47,959 nucleotides of DNA from an uncultured Flavobacteriales bacterium (GTDB taxonomy: Bacteria; Bacteroidota; Bacteroidia; Flavobacteriales; SAT41): NCBI GenBank assembly GCA_963996865.1, contig CAXEHY010000047.1:1-47959 (forward strand), given 5' to 3'. Position numbers and translations under genes: made by a program. This document shows positions 1-8,050 of this stretch, piece after piece (position 1 is the first letter of the stretch; every line of letters starts with the position of its first letter). The notes under the pieces were generated by a model. The model made no database searches. It was not told the origin of the DNA and was given only the letters and a program-made list of their open reading frames with translations.

Positions 1-1096
1 CCTCAAAAACCTTTTCTCCCATTATATTATAAACAAACAATGTGCCTGGACCATCAGAACAAACATTTATTTTGCTTTTAAAAGGAGAGGGGAAAAAGTT
101 TTCTTTTTTGTTTTTTTCAAAAACCGAACTTAAAAAAGAAGAAACTTTAACCAACCCCTCAAACTGTGTTGCAACCCAAAGGATTTCGTTTTGAAAAAGA
201 ACATCTAAAATAAAATCATCAGGAAGATCAGAATTAGAAGAGTCTATTACAGTGGTGTTTGAAACTCCTGTCCCAAAATCAAACAAAACAACTCCCCCGC
301 CCTTTGTTCCCAAACATTTTCTTTCGGTAGAGTCTTCATCTATAGATGTTATACTGTTAGACTGCCATCCAGGACTAGAAATATTGTTAATAAAAAACCA
401 ATTGTTATCAGAAAAAAGAATTTGAAGTCCACCATAAGGAGAACACCCCCAAATATTATTATACTTATCTACCAAAAGGTCGTTAAAGGAATTGTCTATA
501 ATACCCCCTATAGGAGAAATATTAAACCAAGAACACGCCCCGTTATAAATAAAACCAATACCTCCGTTCATGGTTCCCACAACAACACTATCCCCTTTAA
601 AAACAATAGAACTTACATTAATAAAATTTTCCAAAGAAGAGGTGTCCAAAACAAGATTAAAAACACCGTTCTTAAAAGAAAAAAGACCGTTCACCGTTCC
701 AAGCCAAGGATCTCCGTCTCCGTCAAAAGAGATACAATTTATTTGTTCAGACAAAGCCTGTTGTGGCGGGGCAAAAAAACTCCAAACAGAATCATACTTA
801 CAAAAACCAGAATTTGTTGCAATCCAAACATCTCCGTTTACATTAACAGAAATATCTTTTATTACAGGGCTTGGAACAGAGTCCGAAAGATTGGTCCAAA
901 CAAAACCGTCATAAACAACTAAACCATACTGTGTTCCAACCCAAAGGTTTTCTTCTTGATCTAGCTCAACACAATTAACTCTGTTATCAGGAAGAGGAGA
1001 GTTAAAATAATTATAGACTGTAAACGTTTGCCCGCTTAAATAAGAGGAAAAAAGCAGACAAAAAAACAGTTTAATATTTAATAACTTTAAAGACAC
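1..1096 (-). CDS. Secreted beta-propeller-repeat protein with T9SS type-A C-terminal sorting domain (partial; C-terminus runs off the window)
   Basis: The minus-strand frame is open from the window edge to 1108 (checked codon by codon). It is absent from the ORF track because it has no stop inside the window. The translation starts with a signal peptide, (M)SLKLLNIKLFFCLLFSSYLSGQ. It has repeated W[VI][GA]T..G[LF]..[YF]D motifs like two-component-regulator propeller repeats. It ends ..ENFFPSPFKSKINVCSDGPGTLFVYNIMGEKVFE, typical of a Por/T9SS sorting tail. The only start candidate is GTG at 1094-1096, overlapping the upstream gene by 26 nt. Confidence 0.6.
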   Translation of the reverse strand, partial: MSLKLLNIKLFFCLLFSSYLSGQTFTVYNYFNSPLPDNRVNCVELDQEENLWVGTQYGLVVYDGFVWTNLSDSVPSPVIKDISVNVNGDVWIATNSGFCKYDSVWSFFAPPQQALSEQINCISFDGDGDPWLGTVNGLFSFKNGVFNLVLDTSSLENFINVSSIVFKGDSVVVGTMNGGIGFIYNGACSWFNISPIGGIIDNSFNDLLVDKYNNIWGCSPYGGLQILFSDNNWFFINNISSPGWQSNSITSIDEDSTERKCLGTKGGGVVLFDFGTGVSNTTVIDSSNSDLPDDFILDVLFQNEILWVATQFEGLVKVSSFLSSVFEKNKKENFFPSPFKSKINVCSDGPGTLFVYNIMGEKVFE

Positions 1097-3224
1097 TGGT
1101 TTCTTCGTCTATTTTAATATTTAAATAATAAACACCAACTGGTAGTTCTTTTGTTGAGAAAAAATCTTTTATTTTTTCACTTTTAAGAAAAGAGCTCCTT
1201 AAAACAACGTTTCCGATAACATTATTTAAACTAACAACAATGTTAGAATTTTTTTCTAAATCAACTTCAAAATTTAAAATATTTTTTGTTGGATTAGGGT
1301 AAACGTTTATTTTGTTTATTACACTTGTTTCGTTAACATTAGAACAAGAAACAAGAACCACCTCTACAGGAATCCTGTCAGACTCACAAACGTATTCAGG
1401 AGCATCTATATTCCATTCATAGAAATAATAATAATAATCAGTCCCATATGGAGAGTCTTTTAAAGAAACAACATCAGATATTTCGTAAGGATAATTAACC
1501 CCAGAATTAGATCTTTGAAGCTCTGGAGAATCGTCTCCGAAATTTATATAATTTTGACTTCCGTCCGTTGTTAAATAATAATCGTTGCCGGCAGGAACAT
1601 TAAAATTAAGGGTAATCGTTTGAGAAGAAGAAGAGCTGTCAACAAAAATAGTTGTACTGTTTATTACATTTCCGCTTCCGTCCTCTAAAACAATCGTTCT
1701 GTCTCCAGGGGTGTCTGTATAAACATTTACAGAGTTTATTATAATATCAGAAACTACATCGAAAATAACACCAGCGTTATATTGTGAGCCGCTATAAAGA
1801 CTTGATCCAGTATGATCAGGGCCAACATCATGAGAAGTAACCCCCCCGCTTTCTGTATTAGTTACATAATACATTGTAGAAGCTGTTACACCAGGAACTA
1901 TTAAAGAACTTCCACTGGCTATAGGAGAGCCACCAACAGGCAACAAATACCAATTAAAATCCCCTGTTCCAGAAGCTGTCAAAACCGCTGTTTCATTTAC
2001 GCAAACAGTATCTCCTGTAGCAACAGGAACAGAAGAGGAATAAACACTAAAACTAACAGTATCTGACACAGCAATCGCGACATTACCACTAGAGTCTACA
2101 CAAATATTATTTTCAACAGTAACCCAATAATCTCCGGCGCTAGAAACAGAAACACTTTGAGAAGTTTCCCCCGTGTTCCACAAATAAGAAGAACCCCAAC
2201 TTGCTGTTAATGTAGCTGTTTCGCCATTACATAAACCGGTCCCTCCATCAACATCAAAAGAGGCACTAAAACCAACAGGATCAACCTGTTCTGTTAAAGT
2301 TATAGGAAATAAAGTGTAATTATTATTATCATTTGTTTCAACAATAGCATTATGAGGGTCTACTTCTAAAACCACCCAATAATCACCATTACAAGTTCCA
2401 GGAGGAATATCAACCCACATTCCATCTAGGTGTTGTCCATATATATCAGTGTGACCAACAGAAATTCCCTGTTCAATAGGAGAACAACCATATCCTCCAT
2501 CTAAATTATAATTGTTTCCCCAATAAGAAGAGCCCAAAACGTTTCCCTGTCCATAAACAGTGTTGTCATCTCTACAGTCTCCAAAAGAAGCATCACAGTC
2601 AGACAAATCCATAATACAAAAACCAAGTTTTGCTCCATCTCCAATTATCGGCCAATTTCTAGGATCTGGCTCATTAACATCTTCTGTTCTTAATGTTAAA
2701 ACAGTCCAATCGTTAAAATGCATATGTCCATGTGTTGGATGATAAGTCATGGTTCCCCCCATAACATAAGAAGAAGTCATTGTGCCGTCACTGTTTTTAT
2801 GATAAATTCTTTGCCAAGCAATATGATCAGGAGTAGAGCCGTCAGAACAATAAGTTTCATCATTAAAATTAGGATCATATATAGAAAAAGTATCAGCAGA
2901 ACCTGTTATAGCGTCATAACAAATATACCACTTATAACCATATTCGTCAATCCCTCTCATAGTAAGAGGTCCCCATCCAATATTAGGAGTGTTGCCATCT
3001 ATTCTTAATCTTCCATTATTGCTCCCGTTTCCCGTTTGAGCGTATTCTGTATGACCGTTTAATCCGGCCTCCCAAGAAATAGTTATGTCGGGTAACAAAT
3101 CACAATCATTTAAGGTTGTGTCTTCACAGGCGCACCCAGCTGCATTTGTAAAAGTACAAGGCTGTTGAGATAAAGCTTGAAAATAAAACAAAGAAATAAC
3201 AAAAAGCAAAATAAAATTTTTCAT
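1071..3224 (-). CDS. Secreted lysyl-oxidase-like (copper/LTQ amine oxidase family) protein with Ig-like domains and T9SS type-A sorting domain
   Basis: 717-aa ORF with signal peptide MKNFILLFVISLFYFQALSQ. YHPTHGHMHF (nt 2718-2741) matches the H-x-x-H-x-H-x-H pattern of the LOX Cu site (human WHSCHQHYH). GAKLGFCIMD resembles GHKASFCLED, and QGISVGHTDIYGQHLDGMWVDI resembles [22 protein letters not shown]. Two Ig-like modules follow (GETATLTASWGSSYLWNTGETSQ.., NETAVLTASGTGDFNWY..). The C-terminus INVYPNPTKNILNFEV...VGVYYLNIKIDEETSVFKVIKY is a T9SS CTD. Confidence 0.7.
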   Translation of the reverse strand: MKNFILLFVISLFYFQALSQQPCTFTNAAGCACEDTTLNDCDLLPDITISWEAGLNGHTEYAQTGNGSNNGRLRIDGNTPNIGWGPLTMRGIDEYGYKWYICYDAITGSADTFSIYDPNFNDETYCSDGSTPDHIAWQRIYHKNSDGTMTSSYVMGGTMTYHPTHGHMHFNDWTVLTLRTEDVNEPDPRNWPIIGDGAKLGFCIMDLSDCDASFGDCRDDNTVYGQGNVLGSSYWGNNYNLDGGYGCSPIEQGISVGHTDIYGQHLDGMWVDIPPGTCNGDYWVVLEVDPHNAIVETNDNNNYTLFPITLTEQVDPVGFSASFDVDGGTGLCNGETATLTASWGSSYLWNTGETSQSVSVSSAGDYWVTVENNICVDSSGNVAIAVSDTVSFSVYSSSVPVATGDTVCVNETAVLTASGTGDFNWYLLPVGGSPIASGSSLIVPGVTASTMYYVTNTESGGVTSHDVGPDHTGSSLYSGSQYNAGVIFDVVSDIIINSVNVYTDTPGDRTIVLEDGSGNVINSTTIFVDSSSSSQTITLNFNVPAGNDYYLTTDGSQNYINFGDDSPELQRSNSGVNYPYEISDVVSLKDSPYGTDYYYYFYEWNIDAPEYVCESDRIPVEVVLVSCSNVNETSVINKINVYPNPTKNILNFEVDLEKNSNIVVSLNNVIGNVVLRSSFLKSEKIKDFFSTKELPVGVYYLNIKIDEETSVFKVIKY

Positions 3225-3268
3225 AAATAAAATAGTTTAAAGGGAAATAAATTTACAAAAATTTATCC

Positions 3269-4024
3269 TTAGTTAAACAAAGCCCCTTGCTTTATCCATT
3301 TTAAAATTAATTTTCTTTGATAATCAGGAAGAGGAGAATAAGGAGGTTGCGGCATAATACTGCCAGGGGCCGTTCCCTCTATTTTTAAATAAAGTAAACT
3401 ATTTTCAGGATTCAAGGTGTCAACATAATCGGCAAAGTTAGAATAATCTCCATTTACACTAGAGTCATTAATTAAGTTATTATAACCGACACTTAAAGGA
3501 GACAAAGCCACGTATTTAGAGTTTTTATAATGACAGTTTGAACACATATTTTCCCATATAGGGAAAATGTCCTGCGAATAACTAACTAAAGAAACGTTTT
3601 TTTTATAAACATATTTTACTAAAGAATCTCCATTAAAAGACGGTTTTAATAAAACAAGCTTTTCAAACCCCAAACTATCTATAAAAAAAGATTTATTAAA
3701 GTTTAAAAAAACAGAATCGTTGTTAATACTAAAATAACCAGAATCTACATCAAAAAAACCGCCTAGTTTTCCTACAGAGTAAAAAACATGTTTATATTGG
3801 TTTTTTTTATAAAAAACAAAAGTATCTGGAGGAGAAAAAACAGAATAAACAAGCGTATTATTAAGAAACAGAGAGTCGTTCAGGGTTTTATAATAATATA
3901 CACTGTCGCCAATCCAAGTTCCAAAAATAATAGGCTCAGGGGCAACCTCTATAAAACTATCTTTCACACAAGAACTAAACATAATGAAAAACAAAAAACA
4001 AAAAACTCTTATTAAAACCACCAT
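3269..4024 (-). CDS. Lipoprotein with C-terminal CxxCH heme-binding (Planctomycete-cytochrome-C-like) domain
   Basis: 251-aa ORF with lipobox FSSC. The C-terminal part IFPIWENMCSNCHYKNS...NSLLYLKIEG..GSIMPQPP..LILKWIKQGA fits the C..CH / MPP / WI..GA layout of PSCyt1-type domains. Confidence 0.55.
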   Translation of the reverse strand: MVVLIRVFCFLFFIMFSSCVKDSFIEVAPEPIIFGTWIGDSVYYYKTLNDSLFLNNTLVYSVFSPPDTFVFYKKNQYKHVFYSVGKLGGFFDVDSGYFSINNDSVFLNFNKSFFIDSLGFEKLVLLKPSFNGDSLVKYVYKKNVSLVSYSQDIFPIWENMCSNCHYKNSKYVALSPLSVGYNNLINDSSVNGDYSNFADYVDTLNPENSLLYLKIEGTAPGSIMPQPPYSPLPDYQRKLILKWIKQGALFN

Positions 4025-4860
4025 GATCTTTTTATGTTAAAACCAAAAGAAAAACCACTTCTTTGTTGTTCGTAAAAATCGGCAAACAATTCTTGTGTTC
4101 TCATGTTTTGGTTGTTAGAAACAAAAGCTTGAAAAACATGCCCCGCCGTGCCCCATTCAAACCCAACAGAAAGAGGGAAAGAGGAGTTTTCGTAATAGTC
4201 AGATAGGTGATTTTTCTCAAAGAAACCATATTCAAAAATTACAGCAGAAGAGAAAGAATATTTATAATACAAAGACACGGGACAAAAAAGATAATGTCTA
4301 GATTCTTTATCCAATTCTATTAAATTTTTATAGATTATTCCCGGATTCATTTGTATGTATATTTTTTCAGATAAAACTTTAGATAAAATTAATTGATAAG
4401 AGTAGTCTAATCTATGAGTAAACTTATATTCAAAAGGAGATTGCAGGTCTTCAAAGAAGGTGTTTTCGGCAAAAAGAGGATCAGGCCCTGTTTTCACACC
4501 ACAAGAAGCATAAAAAGAAACATTTACAGGGAAAGAAGAGGATTCTTTTATTATTTCTTTTTTATAACCGAGACTTATTACTTTGTTTTTTTTATACCTA
4601 AAAACATCTATACAGTCATTGTTTTTCAAAGGCTTAGTAAAACCAAAACTTATATTGCCCGCCAAATCTGTTCCAAAAAAATCTCTTATAATGTCTTCTT
4701 TTTCTATTTTTCCAAACCTGTGTTGCACAATAAAATCAAAACTTTTTGGCACAAGATGAGTTTCAAAATTTATTAATGACCTACTTTTAATAATGTTGTT
4801 TTCTTGGGAAAAACCAAAAACATAAAACAAAACACATAAAACAAAAAAACTAATCTTCAT
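4012..4860 (-). CDS. Outer-membrane beta-barrel protein (DUF5777-like from memory)
   Basis: 282-aa ORF with a signal peptide, alternating hydrophobic strands, a GHVFQ motif and a terminal ..GFSFGFNIKRSWWF with C-terminal Phe (OMP beta-signal). It overlaps both neighbours (13 and 11 nt). Confidence 0.55.
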   Translation of the reverse strand: MKISFFVLCVLFYVFGFSQENNIIKSRSLINFETHLVPKSFDFIVQHRFGKIEKEDIIRDFFGTDLAGNISFGFTKPLKNNDCIDVFRYKKNKVISLGYKKEIIKESSSFPVNVSFYASCGVKTGPDPLFAENTFFEDLQSPFEYKFTHRLDYSYQLILSKVLSEKIYIQMNPGIIYKNLIELDKESRHYLFCPVSLYYKYSFSSAVIFEYGFFEKNHLSDYYENSSFPLSVGFEWGTAGHVFQAFVSNNQNMRTQELFADFYEQQRSGFSFGFNIKRSWWF

Positions 4861-5218
4861 AAAACGTTCTTAAATAATTAACCAAAATCCATCTTTGTTT
4901 TTCGCTTAAAGAATGTTTATATGGCATCATCATGTTTCTCCCGTTGCTCAGTTTGTAAAATATTTCTCCGTCTGTTTGTTTGTTAAAAACAATTGATCTA
5001 AAATCAATAGGAGCTGGTTTTAAATTTAAAGAAGCGGGCCCTTTTCCGTCTCCGTTTTTTCCATGACAAGTCCAGCAATAAACCCCATAAATTTTTTTAC
5101 CATCTTCAAAAGATTCTTCGGAGTATGGGTTTTTAATAATTTTTTCCTTTTCAGGAACAACCCAATCTAACTGTGCGAAACAAAAAAAAGGGAAAAAAAG
5201 AAAAACAAAAAATATCAT
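4850..5218 (-). CDS. Small periplasmic class I c-type cytochrome
   Basis: 122 aa with a signal peptide. It has a single CWTCHGKNGDGKG heme motif and a downstream NGRNMMMPY candidate Met ligand. It overlaps the upstream ALDH gene by 4 nt. Confidence 0.8.
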   Translation of the reverse strand: MIFFVFLFFPFFCFAQLDWVVPEKEKIIKNPYSEESFEDGKKIYGVYCWTCHGKNGDGKGPASLNLKPAPIDFRSIVFNKQTDGEIFYKLSNGRNMMMPYKHSLSEKQRWILVNYLRTFYED

Positions 5219-6747
5219 AAATCAAATTTTATCCCCTGCGCTAAAGGCAATTCAGAAGTGTAATTAATAGTATTGGTCTGTCTTCTCATATAAATTTTCC
5301 AAGCATCAGAACCACTTTCTCTTCCCCCTCCTGTTTCTTTTTCACCACCAAAAGCCCCTCCAATTTCAGCTCCAGAAGTCCCAATATTTACATTCGCAAT
5401 ACCACAATCGCTTCCTGTTTCAGATAAGAATTTTTCAGCTTCTTGCAGGTTGTTTGTCATAATAGCAGAGGACAAGCCTTGTTTTACGTTATTTTGTATT
5501 TCAATAGCCTCTTCTATATCTGAATATTTCATAATATATAAAATAGGAGCAAAAGTCTCTTCTTGCACTATTTCAAAATGGTTTTCAGCTTCAATAATTA
5601 CAGGCTTCACATAACACCCACTCTCATATCCCACACCACTTAAAACACCTCCTTCAACCAACACACTACCCCCTTCTTCTTTTGCTTTTTTAATTGCCCT
5701 TAAATACAAATTAACAGCATGAGTGTCTATAAGAGGACCAACATGATTATTTTCATCTAATGGGTTTCCTATTTTTAATTGAGCATAAGCAGAAACCATT
5801 TTGTTTTTAACTTCTTTATAGACAGATTCATGTATAATTAACCTTCTAGTTGACGTGCATCTTTGTCCACAGGTTCCAACAGCACCAAACAAAGCCCCAA
5901 TAATTGTAATTTTTAAATCAGCATCAGGCGTAATAATAATTGCGTTGTTACCCCCTAATTCTAATAAAGACTTCCCAAACCTATTGGCAACCACTCCTCC
6001 AACAATTTTCCCCATCCTTGTGGATCCTGTCGCAGAAATTAATGGTATTCTATTGTCAGCTGTCATCATTTCACCAACCTTATAATCTCCATTTATTATA
6101 CAAGAAACCCCCTCTGGAAGATCGTTTTCTTTTGCAACTTCGCTCCAAATATTTTGACAAGCCACCGCGCATAAAGGGGCCTTTTCAGAAGCCTTCCAAA
6201 CACAAGTGTCTCCGCAAACCCAAGCTAACGCCGTATTCCAATTCCAAACAGCAACAGGGAAGTTAAAAGCAGAAATAATCCCAACAACACCTAAGGGATG
6301 ATATTGTTCATACATTCTGTGTCCTGGTCTCTCAGAATGCATCGTGAGTCCATGTAGTTGTCTAGACAAACCAACAGCAAAATCACAGATATCAATCATT
6401 TCTTGTACCTCTCCTAATCCTTCTTGTAAGGACTTCCCCATTTCATAAGAAACTAATTCTCCTAAAGGACGCTTATACTGTCTTAGTTTTTCGCCATATT
6501 GTCTTACAATTTCCCCTCTTTGTGGAGCGGGTTTAATTCTCCACTGTTTAAAAGCTGATACAGCGGAAAGCATTACTTTTTCATATTCTTCAATTGTGGT
6601 TTCTGTAATAGAACCAATTGTAGTTCCGTCTACTGGAGAAATAGAATCTATTTTTTTTCCACCACCAAAAGAAACAGAGCCAGTTGAAGTTCCATTATTG
6701 AGTCCCCTAACCTTTAATAAGTCAAGTGTTTTTTTAATATTTATCAT
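5215..6747 (-). CDS. pcd: ALDH7-type aldehyde dehydrogenase (alpha-aminoadipic semialdehyde / piperideine-6-carboxylate dehydrogenase)
   Basis: 510 aa. LELGGNNAIIITPDADL and FGAVGTCGQRCTSTRRLIIHESVY closely match the antiquitin/ALDH7A1 catalytic Glu and Cys regions. The size matches the Flavobacterium lutescens pcd product as I recall it. Confidence 0.8.
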   Translation of the reverse strand: MINIKKTLDLLKVRGLNNGTSTGSVSFGGGKKIDSISPVDGTTIGSITETTIEEYEKVMLSAVSAFKQWRIKPAPQRGEIVRQYGEKLRQYKRPLGELVSYEMGKSLQEGLGEVQEMIDICDFAVGLSRQLHGLTMHSERPGHRMYEQYHPLGVVGIISAFNFPVAVWNWNTALAWVCGDTCVWKASEKAPLCAVACQNIWSEVAKENDLPEGVSCIINGDYKVGEMMTADNRIPLISATGSTRMGKIVGGVVANRFGKSLLELGGNNAIIITPDADLKITIIGALFGAVGTCGQRCTSTRRLIIHESVYKEVKNKMVSAYAQLKIGNPLDENNHVGPLIDTHAVNLYLRAIKKAKEEGGSVLVEGGVLSGVGYESGCYVKPVIIEAENHFEIVQEETFAPILYIMKYSDIEEAIEIQNNVKQGLSSAIMTNNLQEAEKFLSETGSDCGIANVNIGTSGAEIGGAFGGEKETGGGRESGSDAWKIYMRRQTNTINYTSELPLAQGIKFDL

Positions 6748-6754
6748 AATAAAT

Positions 6755-8050
6755 TTATTTAAAAAGTCTAACGATATCGTTCCCGTTTGCCCATATTATT
6801 AAAGCAAATAAAATAATCATCCCCACAACTTGTGCATGTTCTAACACTTTTTTACTAGCAGCTCTTCCTGTTATCATTTCATAACATAAAAACATTACAT
6901 GTCCTCCATCTAAAGCCGGAATAGGCAGGATATTAATAACAGCAAGAATAACAGACAAAAAAGCTGTCATGGTCCAAAAAACCCTCCAATCCCATTTAGA
7001 TGGAAAAATTTTACCTATAGTTATAAAACCACCTATAGATTCAGGAGAATCTTTAATAAGCTTAAACTGTTTTGTGTAATCAAACAAAACAGTAAAAGTT
7101 CTTTTAAAACCCATAACAACAGATTGTCCAAGATTATATTTTTCCGTTTTTATTTTTATAAAACCTTCATCCCACATAACACCCAAAGGAAACTCAACTT
7201 CTAAAGTTGTGAAATCAAAACTCAAAGTATCACTAAATCTAACAACAGAACAAGAAATATTTTGTGATTTAAAAGGTTTTATTATTTGCGCAATGTTTGA
7301 CCCAAAAAGAACACTTTCCCCGTTAATAGAAATTATTTTATCTCCGATCTTTAACCCTTCTTTTTTTAAAGTAGAGTTTTCAAGAAAAGAATCAATAACA
7401 CAAGGAAGAGCTATACTAAAAGGAACAATATTGTCTTTAAGTAGAGATGTTCTGTCATCTTTTTTTAAAAAAACATCATTTTTCAAACCACCTCTTTCTA
7501 TAGTTATTTTAGAAGCCTCGTTAAGTAGTATGTTTTTCCAAATAACTCCAAAGTCTTTTACATTTTCTCCATCTACAGCTATTATTTTATCTCCATCTTG
7601 AAAACCAATATTTTTAGAAGTTTCAGAAAAAACCAAACCATGTTTTAAGCTTTCGTTGTCAATAAAAGAGTGCCCGTGTTTTTTCAACAAACAACTATAT
7701 ATTATAAAAGCTAACAATATATTAAACACAACACCCCCTATCATTATTATTAATCTTTGCCAAGCCGGTTTTGCTCGAAATTCCCAATTTTCAATCGGCT
7801 TTTCAAGCTGTTTTTTGTCCATAGACTCATCTATCATGCCGGCAATTTTAACATAGCCTCCAAGAGGAAGAACACCTATTCCCCAAACAGTATCTCCTAT
7901 TTTCTTTTTAAACAAAGCAAAAGGCCAATCAAAAAAAAGAAAAAATCTTTCAACTTTTGTATTAAACATTCTTGCTGCAAGAAAATGACCGAACTCATGT
8001 ATGGTCACTAAAATAGCTAAGGCCAAAATTAATTGTAATGCTTGTATCAT
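6755..8050 (-). CDS. rseP: RIP site-2 metalloprotease RseP
   Basis: 431 aa with N-terminal HEFGHFLAAR (HExxH), central PDZ-like regions and C-terminal NILPIPALDGGH. It lies directly downstream of dxr, which is the usual synteny. Confidence 0.9.
   Translation of the reverse strand: MIQALQLILALAILVTIHEFGHFLAARMFNTKVERFFLFFDWPFALFKKKIGDTVWGIGVLPLGGYVKIAGMIDESMDKKQLEKPIENWEFRAKPAWQRLIIMIGGVVFNILLAFIIYSCLLKKHGHSFIDNESLKHGLVFSETSKNIGFQDGDKIIAVDGENVKDFGVIWKNILLNEASKITIERGGLKNDVFLKKDDRTSLLKDNIVPFSIALPCVIDSFLENSTLKKEGLKIGDKIISINGESVLFGSNIAQIIKPFKSQNISCSVVRFSDTLSFDFTTLEVEFPLGVMWDEGFIKIKTEKYNLGQSVVMGFKRTFTVLFDYTKQFKLIKDSPESIGGFITIGKIFPSKWDWRVFWTMTAFLSVILAVINILPIPALDGGHVMFLCYEMITGRAASKKVLEHAQVVGMIILFALIIWANGNDIVRLFK

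Noticed and set aside
422-922. Plus-strand ORFs 422..922 and 570..914 from the ORF track
   Set aside because: Their translations are low-complexity and K/R/N/T-rich with no motifs. They lie antisense to a well-structured minus-strand ORF (propeller repeats plus T9SS tail) that spans the region, so they are shadow ORFs.
1071-3224. Apparently higher G+C in the LOX-like and adhesin genes as a sign of horizontal transfer
   Set aside because: The difference is judged only by eye. It is readily explained by their Gly/Ser/Thr/Asp-rich composition. No flanking mobility genes or repeats are present, and it would need a computed GC or codon-usage comparison.
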